Source: Fibrobacteria bacterium
Lineage (GTDB): Bacteria > Fibrobacterota > Fibrobacteria > UBA11236
Length of the DNA: 64,000 nt
Assembly (NCBI GenBank): GCA_041746255.1
Contig: JBGTHM010000100.1
Coordinates: 63,087-127,086 of the forward strand
Reading direction: 5' to 3'
Shown here: piece by piece, positions 30,585 to 40,370 of the stretch
Position numbering within the stretch: the first letter of the stretch is position 1
Layout of the letters: the number at the start of each line of letters is the position of its first letter
Made by a program: the position numbers and the translations under genes
Notes under the pieces: generated by a model
Database searches by the model: none
Told to the model about the DNA's origin: nothing
What the model saw: only the letters and a program-made list of their open reading frames with translations

Positions 30585-31475
30585 ATGGCCGTACAAAGTA
30601 TGACGGGATTCGGAAGCGCCGATTTACAGGACGGTAAGGGACGCGTTTCCGTGGAATTGAAATCGGTCAATGGTCGATTTCTGGAGTTCCAGTGCCGGGT
30701 TCCGCGCGCCTTGGCGCCGCTTGAATCCAAACTCAAACAGATCTTATCCAAACATGTGACGAGGGGTAATGTCACCTGCCAAATTCAATGGGACCCGCTG
30801 GACAATAACGAGAGTACGGGGAAATTCAATTTAAGGGCCGCGGAGGCTTACATCGTGGCCGCCAAGCAACTGCAATCGCGCATGAACGTCCCCGCGACCC
30901 TGAATCTTCTGGATTTATTGCGGCTGCCGGAGGTCATGGCGGGAGAGGCGGAGCCCGAGGAGCTGTTACACTCGGAATTGGCCGACCGGGTCCTCCCGGT
31001 TTTCGAATCCGCCTGCGCCCAATTGGAATTGATGCGCGCCGAGGAAGGAAACCTCCTGGTCCAGGATATGCGGAAGCGCATTGAAGATTTTTCCGTCATT
31101 CTGAAGAAGATCAAGGTTTTGCTGCCGGAGCGAAATCGGGAATACCTGGAAAAAGTGCGTGCCCGGGTCCATGAAATCGTGGGAGACAACGCCTTAGTAG
31201 CCGAAGAACGGCTCACAACTGAAATCGGAATCATGGCCGAGAGATTGGATGTAACCGAGGAAGTCGTCCGCATGGAGGCCCATATCAGCCAATTCCTGGA
31301 AAGTCTCGCAAACCACGCGGCTCCGGGGAAAAGGCTCGGTTTCCTCTTACAGGAAATGCATAGGGAAGTGAATACCTTGGGAACCAAAGCGCAGTATGCG
31401 GAGATTCAGCATTTGTGCGTAGGCTTGAAAGAGGACCTGGAAATTGTCAGGGAGCAGGTTCAGAATCTGGAGTAG
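30585..31475 (+). CDS. YicC/YloC family endoribonuclease
   Basis: SMTGFG, ELKSVNGRF, DVTEEVVR, GKRLGFLLQEMHREVNTLGTK and REQVQNLE motifs. Confidence 0.95.
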   Translation: MAVQSMTGFGSADLQDGKGRVSVELKSVNGRFLEFQCRVPRALAPLESKLKQILSKHVTRGNVTCQIQWDPLDNNESTGKFNLRAAEAYIVAAKQLQSRMNVPATLNLLDLLRLPEVMAGEAEPEELLHSELADRVLPVFESACAQLELMRAEEGNLLVQDMRKRIEDFSVILKKIKVLLPERNREYLEKVRARVHEIVGDNALVAEERLTTEIGIMAERLDVTEEVVRMEAHISQFLESLANHAAPGKRLGFLLQEMHREVNTLGTKAQYAEIQHLCVGLKEDLEIVREQVQNLE

Positions 31476-31497
31476 AAGGCGCCCTTTACCTTAAGCG

Positions 31498-31857
31498 TCA
31501 AATCTTTGACTTCACCTCAAGTACGTCCGCGAATTCCTTCTGGAAAATCCGTTTCAATTGATCCAATGATAGCGGGGTGGTAACCATATCGATTTCCAGT
31601 TCCTTGGCGCGCTGGATTTCCTTGGGCTTGGGCATATGCCCATGCGAGTAGCATATCATGATGATATCGACCTCTTCCGCAACCTCCATAAGCCGGGTAT
31701 GCACCAAATTCGTGACGAGCATGATATTGGTGAAATCGTCGGTCAACTCGTTCAGGTCGGAACCCAGGTAGACCATGTCAACGGAATCATGCAGGAGTTC
31801 CTCGTTCACAAGGACTCCCTGGATGGCGTCAATCAAGGCCCGCGCATCAACCTGCAT
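31498..31857 (-). CDS. Stand-alone DRTGG-like domain protein
   Basis: GSDL...MLVTNL..RLMEVAE..DI...AKELEI.MVTTP pattern. Confidence 0.65.
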   Translation of the reverse strand: MQVDARALIDAIQGVLVNEELLHDSVDMVYLGSDLNELTDDFTNIMLVTNLVHTRLMEVAEEVDIIMICYSHGHMPKPKEIQRAKELEIDMVTTPLSLDQLKRIFQKEFADVLEVKSKI

Positions 31858-32182
31858 ACAAAAACAACCTTCCTGAAAATGATGTTCTGAATTTATCTGA
31901 TATTCCCACGGATTTCATGTTAAATCGAGGGGAACCTTAAAAATATAGATCATTGCCCCGATCAAGCGGTAAACTGTTCAGGAGGGATAGGCCCATTTCG
32001 CTTCCCAAATCGGATTTTTTCCCGGAGTTTCGCAAGTAGCAGGTAATTTGGCGCCATATTACTTGGGAAATTTTGTTAAATTTCTAAAATCCATCCTAAC
32101 TAGCGCCTCCTTATGCACCAAGAGGTGGTCTGGGCCAGGAATGGAAGAGGACCGACGGCATTCCCGTCAAATGGAGAATTCA

Positions 32183-32362
32183 ATGCCAGTAATTTTTCTT
32201 TTTATCGCCCTGTTGCTCTTTGCCGGCTGCGCCAACAAACCGAGCATGACTTCCGGAACTTCTGAAATCGAGCTCGATAGCGCCCGGAGAGCGGCGGAAA
32301 AAGCCGAACTCGAGGCCGCCGAATTGAGAAGAGAACTTCGTGCTAAAAACAATAACTCCTAA
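32183..32362 (+). CDS. Small coiled-coil lipoprotein
   Basis: GGAG RBS; MPVIFLFIALLLFAGC lipobox; Ala/Glu/Arg-rich helix. Confidence 0.7.
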   Translation: MPVIFLFIALLLFAGCANKPSMTSGTSEIELDSARRAAEKAELEAAELRRELRAKNNNS

Positions 32363-32377
32363 AAACCGCCCTCACCA

Positions 32378-33367
32378 TTGGAACCCCGCTTGTCTCTGCT
32401 AAACCTTGCCGTCTCCGACGAAGATAAAATTGCCTTGGCCGGAGAAGCGGAAAGAAATTTCGTCCGCATTGAAAAGGATTTCGGCGTCTCCTTGCTGACC
32501 CGTAACCCTGGAATATCCATTCAGGCCAGGGAGGCTACTTCGGCCGTAAAAGCCAAGGCGGCATTGGAACGCTTGCTCCAAGCCCATAAAACCGGGCATC
32601 AACTCACGGAATTCTATGTGCAGGAGCTGATGGGGCAGAACCCCCTCTCACCGGATCAAGGAGGGGTTGAAGCCCAGACTCCTTTTCAGCCGCATCTGGA
32701 AAAGCCGATTCTGATCGATAGGCTCGGCAGCCCGATACAGCCTAAAACCCGGGGTCAAGCCCGATTCATTCAAAGCATCAAGCAGCACGACATCGTTTTG
32801 GCCGCGGGGCCTGCCGGAACCGGAAAAACATTTTTGGCCGTGGCCTTGGCTGTGCAGGCTTTGGAAAAGAAACTGGTCGATCGCATTATCTTGGTGCGAC
32901 CCGCAGTGGAATCCGGAGAAAATCTGGGTTTTTTACCCGGAGTGGTGAGCGAAAAAATCGCGCCCTATATGCGACCCTTATATGATTCGCTAAGTGTCAT
33001 GTTGTCTGCGGAGAGGCTCCGGGAGTATTGGGACAGCAATGCCATCGAAATCGCTCCCCTGGCCTATATGCGCGGGCGAACGCTTACGCGCGCCTTCATC
33101 ATTCTGGATGAGGCCCAAAATACCACCATACCCCAAATGAAAATGTTTTTAACGCGGCTTGGCTTGAACAGTAAGGCCGTACTTACCGGGGATGAAACCC
33201 AGGTCGATTTGGGGCGTTCGGAAAAATCGGGCTTTGCCCATGCGCGCAAAATTCTCGCGGGTATTGAGGGTATCGACGAATTGGAATTGCATGTTGAGGA
33301 TGTGGTGCGACACAAACTCGTACAGGACATCATTCTGGCCTATGAGAGGTCTGGCTACATAAGTTGA
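32378..33367 (+). CDS. PhoH-family ATPase (PhoH-like/YbeZ)
   Basis: GPAGTGKT, RPAVESGENLGFLPG, APLAYMRGRT, DEAQN and DVVRH motifs. Confidence 0.95.
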   Translation: MEPRLSLLNLAVSDEDKIALAGEAERNFVRIEKDFGVSLLTRNPGISIQAREATSAVKAKAALERLLQAHKTGHQLTEFYVQELMGQNPLSPDQGGVEAQTPFQPHLEKPILIDRLGSPIQPKTRGQARFIQSIKQHDIVLAAGPAGTGKTFLAVALAVQALEKKLVDRIILVRPAVESGENLGFLPGVVSEKIAPYMRPLYDSLSVMLSAERLREYWDSNAIEIAPLAYMRGRTLTRAFIILDEAQNTTIPQMKMFLTRLGLNSKAVLTGDETQVDLGRSEKSGFAHARKILAGIEGIDELELHVEDVVRHKLVQDIILAYERSGYIS

Positions 33368-33456
33368 AATTTCCGGTATTCGCATCTTGACTGAAACGCC
33401 ACTTCTAACCTATTTTATAGCCCATCATTCGGAAGGATTTCCGGGTTCGGATTGAA

Positions 33457-33672
33457 ATGACTGATTATTTTTCCAAAAAAAATTATGTGGGAATCGCATT
33501 GGGAGTCGCGGTCATTTTGCTTGGCTACTTTTGCTTGGCACAAGGACCTGCTGACAACTGGATTTCCCTGAATGTAGCACCTGTTCTTCTGATCATCGGT
33601 TATACGGTAATCCTCCCTTTGAGCCTTTTACTGGGCAATAAAAAAAGGGCGGGGACGGGCGACTCGGTATAA
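33457..33672 (+). CDS. Small two-TM protein (DUF3098-like)
   Basis: FSKKNY..I..G..VI.LGY and SLNVAPVLLIIGY patterns. Confidence 0.7.
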   Translation: MTDYFSKKNYVGIALGVAVILLGYFCLAQGPADNWISLNVAPVLLIIGYTVILPLSLLLGNKKRAGTGDSV

Positions 33673-33685
33673 TCGGGTGCTTGCA

Positions 33686-33763
33686 GGGCGTTTAGCTCAG
33701 TTGGTTTAGAGCATCTGCCTTACAAGCAGAGGGTCGCAAGTTCAAATCTTGCAACGCCCACCA
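33686..33763 (+). tRNA. tRNA-Val (TAC)
   Basis: GGGCGTT acceptor stem; TCTGC CT TAC AA GCAGA anticodon arm; GTTCAAATC; ends ACCA. Confidence 0.96.
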
Positions 33764-33772
33764 ATAATTCGC

Positions 33773-33849
33773 GGAGTGGTAGCTCAATTGGTTAGAGTAC
33801 TAGCCTGTCACGCTAGGGGTTGCGAGTTCAAGTCTCGTCCATTCCGCCA
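33773..33849 (+). tRNA. tRNA-Asp (GTC)
   Basis: GGAGTGG/CCATTCC acceptor stem; CTAGC CT GTC AC GCTAG anticodon arm; GTTCAAGTC; ends GCCA. Confidence 0.96.
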
Positions 33850-33854
33850 ACTTT

Positions 33855-33896
33855 AGAACCTCTTTCCGGAAACACCCGGTGAGAGGTTTCTTTTTT
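33855..33896 (+). terminator. Terminator after the tRNA pair
   Basis: AGAACCTCT..CCGG...CCGG..AGAGGTTTCT followed by a T tract. Confidence 0.7.
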
Positions 33897-33936
33897 ATGG
33901 CCTTCGTTCACTGCCAACGCTATCGAGAGGGGTGAA

Positions 33937-36120
33937 ATGGGTTCTTCCAGCTGCCTATTAAGCCCTGACGAATTGGAGGGGTTCCTCCGGTTACGCGTCC
34001 GCGATCCCTTTCGGCGATTAGGGTTTCATCATTCCCAGGTTAACGGAAAGCCACAGGGAATCATCCGTGTTTTCAATCCCGAATTCGAAGCGGTGGAAAT
34101 TCTCTCCGAAGGAGAAAGCATACCCTGCAATACATCCGATAAAGGGTGTTTTGAGGCTCTTTTCCCCACTCGCCTGGAATTTTTCCCTTACCGGATTCGA
34201 GGCCGGCTCCCTTCCGGTCAAATGCTCGAATACGACGATCCCTACTCCTTTACCCCTGTACTCAGCGATCATGATCTGCATCAAATGACGTTGGGCTTGC
34301 ATCCGCGCTTATGGAAAAAATTGGGAGCCAATGTAATAACGCACCAGGGCCGCCTGGGTGTCCATTTCGCGGTTTGGGCGCCTGGCGCCTTAGGCGTGGG
34401 AGTCACAGGTGATTTTAACCGCTGGAATCCCCTTTCCCATCCAATGAAAAGACTGGCTGAAACTGGAGTTTGGGAGATATTTGTTCCGGAAGTGGCTGCG
34501 GGCTCGGGATACGGCTTCCGGATACACGCTCCTACCGGGAAGATTCTGGAAAAATCCGACCCACTCGCCCGAGCATTCGATCCAGAGCGCGAATCCATCT
34601 CCATGGTAGACGGAGAAATGGAAAAAACATGGTCCGACGATGTCTGGATGAAAACGCGAACCCAGAACGCCCCCATGGGTTTCTCCATTTATCGCATACC
34701 TCCCGCATTGTGGGAAAAAAACCAAAACGAAGCCAGGCCGCGAAATTTCGGTGAGCTGGCTCAAGTCCTCATTCCCCGTATTCTCGACTTGGGACATACT
34801 CACGTTCTGATAGGTCCGGTGCAACAACCGGCTCCCGAAGCTCAGGAGCGCGATGTCTCAGGGTTCTATGCCCCCAATTCCCGCATGGGCGGCGCCGCCG
34901 GATTGAAAGATTTCATAGAAGCCTGTCATCGGAATGGATTGTCGGTGCTTCTGGACTGGGTGGGAACACGTTTTCCCAATCATCCCTCCGGATTGCATCA
35001 ATTCGACGGGAGCTCGCTTTATACCTATGGCGGAGCGGCACAGGAAGAACAAGCCAAACGGAAATACCAGCCTTTCGATGTGGAGAAGAAGCCGGTGGCC
35101 AATTTTCTGGCGGCCAATGCCCTTTACTGGATGCTGGAGTATCATTTCGACGGCCTCTATCTGGGAAATCTGTCGGCCATGCTGTCATTGGACTATGGAA
35201 GGTCCCGGGGAGAATGGATTCCCAACCCGGATGGCAGTAATGTGCATTACCGTGCCCTGGATGTCCTCAAGCGCATACTCCGTTCCTTGCGCCAGCACCA
35301 TGCCGGCTGTCTCCTGCTGGCCAAAGCCGAACCGCCCCTGCCCCTGCAGATTTCAGCGGCTTTACACTCGCAAGGCACCCTTCCCGCTTTACTCAACCGA
35401 TCCACCACCCGTTCCCTGCTTGCCTATTTGCGAGAGGATCCGGTTTTCCGCTTGCACCACCACGCCAAGGTCGCCGCAACCGTGGATGTCACCGCCGGTG
35501 CAACCTGCTTGATATTGCCACCCGAACCCGGTGAAAGCGGTGCGGACATACTGAAAAGCCTTCCCGGCGATGAATGGCAACGCCACGCAAACTTTCGCTT
35601 GATGATGGCCTATGTAGCGGCTTACCCCGGCAGCAAGCTCCAAGTAGCGGGTCTGGAACAGGGTCTCGAGCTGGATTGGCCCCTGCCCGACCCGGAAGGC
35701 GCTGCGGGAACAGAGGCTTTACGAGGCTTGTACCGCCTGGCCAAGGCGCTGAATAAGCTGTACAACCAGCAACCCGCCTTACACGCTCCGGAATCGACCC
35801 TGGTCCCGGTGGATTTTACCTGCGCCGATTTGAATCTGCTTGCCTTCCTGCGCCAGGGAGAGGGAAGGGAAATTGTCGTCGTCTTCAATTTCAGCCCCGT
35901 GCCGCAATCCGATTACCGTGTGGGAGTCACTCACCCTGGAAATTATCGGGAGATTCTCAATACCGACTCCGCCTATTTCGGAGGGAGCAATCTCGGAAAC
36001 CAGGGATTGGTCCGCTCCACCTCCCTCCCCCATGCAGGACAGCCCGATTCCATAACGGTGCTTGCCCCACCCCTGGGCGCTTGCTGGTTCCAACTCGAAA
36101 CCAAAAAAGAGGACAAATGA
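33937..36120 (+). CDS. GlgB-like (GH13 branching enzyme) homologue, predicted catalytically inactive
   Basis: Full GlgB architecture (DPF..LG.H, DPYSF, FAVWAP..V..GDFNRW, GVWEIF, FNFSPVP, EILNTD..YFGGS), but the catalytic regions read DGLYLGN, LAKAE and LILPPEP. Confidence 0.85.
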   Translation: MGSSSCLLSPDELEGFLRLRVRDPFRRLGFHHSQVNGKPQGIIRVFNPEFEAVEILSEGESIPCNTSDKGCFEALFPTRLEFFPYRIRGRLPSGQMLEYDDPYSFTPVLSDHDLHQMTLGLHPRLWKKLGANVITHQGRLGVHFAVWAPGALGVGVTGDFNRWNPLSHPMKRLAETGVWEIFVPEVAAGSGYGFRIHAPTGKILEKSDPLARAFDPERESISMVDGEMEKTWSDDVWMKTRTQNAPMGFSIYRIPPALWEKNQNEARPRNFGELAQVLIPRILDLGHTHVLIGPVQQPAPEAQERDVSGFYAPNSRMGGAAGLKDFIEACHRNGLSVLLDWVGTRFPNHPSGLHQFDGSSLYTYGGAAQEEQAKRKYQPFDVEKKPVANFLAANALYWMLEYHFDGLYLGNLSAMLSLDYGRSRGEWIPNPDGSNVHYRALDVLKRILRSLRQHHAGCLLLAKAEPPLPLQISAALHSQGTLPALLNRSTTRSLLAYLREDPVFRLHHHAKVAATVDVTAGATCLILPPEPGESGADILKSLPGDEWQRHANFRLMMAYVAAYPGSKLQVAGLEQGLELDWPLPDPEGAAGTEALRGLYRLAKALNKLYNQQPALHAPESTLVPVDFTCADLNLLAFLRQGEGREIVVVFNFSPVPQSDYRVGVTHPGNYREILNTDSAYFGGSNLGNQGLVRSTSLPHAGQPDSITVLAPPLGACWFQLETKKEDK

Positions 36121-36767
36121 AAGCACCCCGATTCTCGCGATGGCTAATCTTACCGGTCCTGGCGACGGCATTGCTCACCGCTTGCGACTTTTTCGACGTA
36201 CTCCGGTCACGCTTTGCCGTGTTGTCCCTGAATTTCGGCTTCGCATCCCTGAACGTTTCCGATCTTGTCTATCCCGGAACCCTCTTGCAAATGGCTCAGG
36301 ATGCCGCCAGCGGAGACGCGTCGAAACTTGCGGGTTATGGGGTCAATATCCGCTGCGGTATTCGGGTGGAGAATCCCAATTCCCAGCGCGCGGTCTTGGA
36401 CGCGATGACGGCGCGCCTGCGGGTAAGCGATACCACAGCAGGCGCCCCGAGCATCGCCGCGGCGATAAACGCATTCAGCGTTGATGGCGGCGCCGATACG
36501 GTGCTGAACGTGGTTTTTCCCCTGCGGCTCAATAGCCCGGTATTTTCCCGCTCGGTTTGGACGGCCATCGTCGAGGGAGCAGACATGCCTTATCGGGTCA
36601 GCGCGGAAACTTTTGTGAATCTGGTAATACCCAATGGATTGGGAGGCCAGGATACTTTGGCGACGCGTCCTTTGGAATTCAGCGTAGCCAAGGGAAACGT
36701 TAATGCCTATGAAAAGCGGCAAACGATTCTGGACGCTTTTCTCGCTTTGATCCATCTGGCGCTTTAG
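36117..36767 (+). CDS. Lipoprotein with LEA_2/WHy-like domain
   Basis: Lipobox LTAC; IRVENPN motif; ATGA overlap with the upstream gene. Confidence 0.7.
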   Translation: MKAPRFSRWLILPVLATALLTACDFFDVLRSRFAVLSLNFGFASLNVSDLVYPGTLLQMAQDAASGDASKLAGYGVNIRCGIRVENPNSQRAVLDAMTARLRVSDTTAGAPSIAAAINAFSVDGGADTVLNVVFPLRLNSPVFSRSVWTAIVEGADMPYRVSAETFVNLVIPNGLGGQDTLATRPLEFSVAKGNVNAYEKRQTILDAFLALIHLAL

Positions 36768-36773
36768 CCCGAA

Positions 36774-39476
36774 TTACCTTCCCAGACCCTTTAGGATACT
36801 TTTGGCCTTGTCTTTGGCCTTTTCGGTCGCTTCCTGCTTTTTCTCTTCGACCTTTTCTTCCAGCTTGTCTTTTTCGGAATCCACCCGCGCTTTCGCCTGC
36901 TCTTCCAACTTCCGTTTTTCCGCTTCGGCGCGGGCCTTCAATTCATCCGCCTTCTGGCGGGCCTGGTCCTCAAGCTGGCTTTTCACGCCACCTCCAGCCT
37001 CCTTCGCCATGCGTCCGGCGTCCAAGGAGAAAGACGGCGAAGCCAATGTTCCGCCAATTTGATAATAGAGAATGGCGCGTCCTTGATTGTCCTGAGGAAT
37101 GACGCTGGCATTCGCCAGCGCCGGCACGCCCGAGAGTTTCGCCACCTGCGAGGATAAGGCGCCGGTAGCGCCCGTAACCCTTTTACTCATGGCGGGCGGC
37201 AGATAGTTGGCCAAGCTCAAAGCCAAGGTGTTATCGAATCCGATATCGCCCAATACTTCGATATCTCCCACAGGGGTGTTGCGGAAGTTGGCATGTTTGA
37301 CTTGCAGGCGGCCCGCTACCGCTTCCAGGGTGGATTCGAACAGGGAAAAGGAAAGTTCGCCGAAACGAAGCGATTCGTTGACTTTGCCCAAAGCCCCGGA
37401 AAGACTGGAGATTAAGCCCGTTTCCGCAATACGACCGTCGCTCAGCTGAGTATAAATGGTTCCCGTCAGATTCTCAGCGAAGGTATGGGGCAGACCATGC
37501 GTGACCAGATCGGCGTTCAAGGTGAATTTTCCGAACAAAGTGCTATCCATCCGGGACATAGTCCGGGTCAAGCGATTGCCGGCGGGGATTTTATCATTGA
37601 GTCGTGAAATGAAATCATTAGCCTCCACCTTATCGACTTTAAGCGAAAGGCCTACCTTGGCATCAGTGGGATCCAGCAAATCGAAGCGCATCTTGGAGGA
37701 GAACCCGCCGGTATACAGGCGTCCCTTAACATCGGTATCGGCTACCTGATTGGCGACCTTGGTGGTCGATTTGAAATCGGTCATGGCCATATCGAGAAAT
37801 TGGGTGCGAGCGAGATTTACTTCCACGACAGCGTCGACCTTGGGCAGTTCAGGGAAGGCCCGCATGGGGGGGCCGTCCTGGCTCTCCGTTTTTTTCTGGC
37901 CGGCAAGCAACTCATCCAGATTCAAATATTCGGAGGTCACCTTGAGCCGGATAAGCGGAACTTTTCCCTGGGCCTTTTCCGGAAGCACCAACGCAAGATA
38001 ATGACTGAGACTCCCCTGCACCGAAACGTCGGATTCGCCGATTTGCAAGGCCAGGTCCTCGGTGATTTTTTCGTCGGTAAGGGTAATACGCCCTTTGGCC
38101 CGAACCGGCATCGGAAGGGATTCGTCTTTGACCAGAATATTTTCCAGCTCGACTTCACCCATGACGCTCAAGGCGGTTGGGTCTTGCGGATTGAGTCGGC
38201 CATTGGCTTTGACATCGGATTTGACCAAGCCCTCAAGCTGCGGTCCTTCAGGCAATAAGCCTAATTTGACTAACAGCGGCACGAGTTTGCTTAAATCCAC
38301 CACGGAATTCAAAGCAAAATGATTCAGCTGGGGAAATTCGTCCCGTAGGCCGCTTAATAAAGCCGTCATGGTAACGGGATTGGACGCCAACTCAAAACCG
38401 AAATCCTTTAAGTCGAAGCTATCCGCGGTGGCCACGGCTCGGACATGCAGATTATGGATACCCTCCCCCAACTCCTTATGGCTGATGGCACCGTCTTTCA
38501 ATTCAAAATCCACCTGCAGGGAAGGAATGTCAGTGCTATCCAACTTACCCTTGACCCACCCTTTGAGTCCCATGGTGCCTTCCGCGAGAATATTTCCGAT
38601 TTCCGCATGCACTCCGGGTGGGATTTCGCGAATCACCGACGCCAAAGAAATATCCGGCGCGGCAAAACGAAGGTCCAGCGCCAGGGGGCCTGTCGTGAAG
38701 TCCGCAATCTCGCCCTCCAGATTGGCCTTGACGTCTTGAAAGGTGAGTTCAATTCCATTGATGCGCATTTTTTCGCCCGGCAAATCGGCATTCACATCGT
38801 GTTTAATCGCAACCGAGATATTTCCTTTTTTAATCCCTGACGAGCGGTCGGAAATCTGGATTTCCCGAATCATCAATTCACCGGCAGTGCGGATATTTTC
38901 CAATTTCTGGTCTACGTCGAGTGATGCCCTTTGGTTGATGCGGTTTAAAACTACTTCCTGTCCATCCCGCAAGTTCCGGTAGCGCACTCTGCCGTCCTGA
39001 ATGATAAACGCCTGTAAGGCCAAAGCCACGGGAGATTGGACTTGCGCGGTGTCCGCCACCGCTTCGACTTCCTCGGTTCCGAACAATCCTTCCAGATTAT
39101 TTTTACCCTTGGCATCCACTTCATAGAGAATCTCGGGTTCGTTGAGACGGATTTCATTGATTACCGGGCTGAATCTCAGAAGGGACATGACACTAACGGA
39201 TAGGCCCAATTCCCGGATGCTCAGCGTAGGGTCGGGGGAGAACCCCGGAGCGTTGGCCACCCGTAAATCCTTAAGGGCGATTTTCAAATTCGGAAAAATC
39301 CCGATCGAAGCGCCCCCAATGGATACGTCCCGGTTCATGGCCTTGGAGGCCTGGACGCTAACGATGGCTTTGATCTTTTCCGGGGGAAAGGCGAGCTGAA
39401 CGGCTATATAGGCCCCTACCCAAAGTAGTGCGACCACAGCCACCAAGCCAATTATGATTTTTTTACCCAAATGCAT
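36774..39476 (-). CDS. AsmA-family protein
   Basis: N-terminal TM; RDVSIG..I..FP, EIRLNEPEI, SEYLNLDEL, LYTGG, GDIGFD and IGGTLASPSF motifs; charged coiled tail. Confidence 0.88.
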   Translation of the reverse strand: MHLGKKIIIGLVAVVALLWVGAYIAVQLAFPPEKIKAIVSVQASKAMNRDVSIGGASIGIFPNLKIALKDLRVANAPGFSPDPTLSIRELGLSVSVMSLLRFSPVINEIRLNEPEILYEVDAKGKNNLEGLFGTEEVEAVADTAQVQSPVALALQAFIIQDGRVRYRNLRDGQEVVLNRINQRASLDVDQKLENIRTAGELMIREIQISDRSSGIKKGNISVAIKHDVNADLPGEKMRINGIELTFQDVKANLEGEIADFTTGPLALDLRFAAPDISLASVIREIPPGVHAEIGNILAEGTMGLKGWVKGKLDSTDIPSLQVDFELKDGAISHKELGEGIHNLHVRAVATADSFDLKDFGFELASNPVTMTALLSGLRDEFPQLNHFALNSVVDLSKLVPLLVKLGLLPEGPQLEGLVKSDVKANGRLNPQDPTALSVMGEVELENILVKDESLPMPVRAKGRITLTDEKITEDLALQIGESDVSVQGSLSHYLALVLPEKAQGKVPLIRLKVTSEYLNLDELLAGQKKTESQDGPPMRAFPELPKVDAVVEVNLARTQFLDMAMTDFKSTTKVANQVADTDVKGRLYTGGFSSKMRFDLLDPTDAKVGLSLKVDKVEANDFISRLNDKIPAGNRLTRTMSRMDSTLFGKFTLNADLVTHGLPHTFAENLTGTIYTQLSDGRIAETGLISSLSGALGKVNESLRFGELSFSLFESTLEAVAGRLQVKHANFRNTPVGDIEVLGDIGFDNTLALSLANYLPPAMSKRVTGATGALSSQVAKLSGVPALANASVIPQDNQGRAILYYQIGGTLASPSFSLDAGRMAKEAGGGVKSQLEDQARQKADELKARAEAEKRKLEEQAKARVDSEKDKLEEKVEEKKQEATEKAKDKAKSILKGLGR

Positions 39477-39554
39477 CGGCTGCTCTCCTGATGAGATTCA
39501 AAGCATCTTAAACTAGGTTTTTTTCAGTTTCTCTGCATACGCGGGGGAACAACG

Positions 39555-39580
39555 AAAAACACCCCTTGCAAGGGGTGTTT
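39555..39580 (-). terminator. Terminator of lipoprotein gene 39613-40203
   Basis: AAACACCCCT-TGCA-AGGGGTGTTT perfect hairpin. Confidence 0.8.
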
Positions 39581-39612
39581 CAACCGGCCGGGGGCCTATT
39601 AAGGGGAAAGTT

Positions 39613-40203
39613 TTAGAATCGGGAACGGCCCGATAAGGTCATGGCCCCACCTTCGCCCTGGGTAACCGCATCGACGCGCAGCATAACCAAGCGGTCTTCG
39701 CTGGTTTCAATCATGAAAACCGCCCCTGCCGTCACGGCCAAGCGGCCGTTTTCCTGCGGAGTTCCGCCATCCCAAGCGGATTGTAATCCACTTTGGTTGA
39801 GAACAGATTCCCATTGGCTGCTCGCCACGTTTCGGATGGGCGTGGTGCGAGCCGGGGAGAAATTTGCGTAAAGAATGAAACCCTCGCTTACTCCCGGTAT
39901 GCCTTCCACGGCTACGTTGGGTGAATACACTGCGGAAACTTCTTGTTCGGTGGAAAATGCAAAAACCAGATCGATGTCTCCGGCTCGGGTCCTTGCTTCG
40001 GCGATAGGATAGACCACCATGGCATCGGCATCCAAGGAGGATCCCAAAACATTCCCCTGAGCGCCCATTTGCACGTCACGGGTAGTTAACTCATCGACCG
40101 GGCCGTTGCCACCACCGTCATCGGTAAGGCAACCGGTAAAAACAAAACTCATGACCAACAGGGAAATGGGCAGCCATTTTTTGGAAAAGAAAAGGGAATT
40201 CAT
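39613..40203 (-). CDS. Lipoprotein of unknown function (paralog A)
   Basis: AAGGAG RBS; lipobox FTGC-LTD; similar to 40371-40979. Confidence 0.8.
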   Translation of the reverse strand: MNSLFFSKKWLPISLLVMSFVFTGCLTDDGGGNGPVDELTTRDVQMGAQGNVLGSSLDADAMVVYPIAEARTRAGDIDLVFAFSTEQEVSAVYSPNVAVEGIPGVSEGFILYANFSPARTTPIRNVASSQWESVLNQSGLQSAWDGGTPQENGRLAVTAGAVFMIETSEDRLVMLRVDAVTQGEGGAMTLSGRSRF

Positions 40204-40321
40204 GCCGTGGCTCCTTTATTGTTGAGGGTTCGACTCCAAGCCTTCAAATAAGGTCGAACCAAAGGAGTAGGCAAGAAAAATTTTCAGTCAGGCAAATTCT
40301 TTTCTGAAATGCCTTAAACAG

Positions 40322-40347
40322 GAAACGCCCCCGGATGGGGGCGTTTC
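40322..40347 (-). terminator. Terminator of lipoprotein gene 40371-40979
   Basis: GAAACGCCCCC-GGAT-GGGGGCGTTTC perfect hairpin. Confidence 0.75.
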
Positions 40348-40370
40348 GGAGGAATCGATTAATTTAAATT

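Noticed and set aside
31858-32182. ncRNA or riboswitch (e.g. SRP) in a long intergenic region
   Set aside because: Only short hairpins and no conserved Rfam core that I can recognise; an Infernal scan would be needed.
33937-36120. Calling the GlgB homologue a functional glgB or a pseudogene
   Set aside because: The catalytic residues are absent, so it is not called glgB; the ORF is full length with no stops or frameshifts, so it is not called a pseudogene.
33850-36767. Genomic island integrated at tRNA-Asp
   Set aside because: No duplicated tRNA 3' end, no integrase, and no obvious composition shift.
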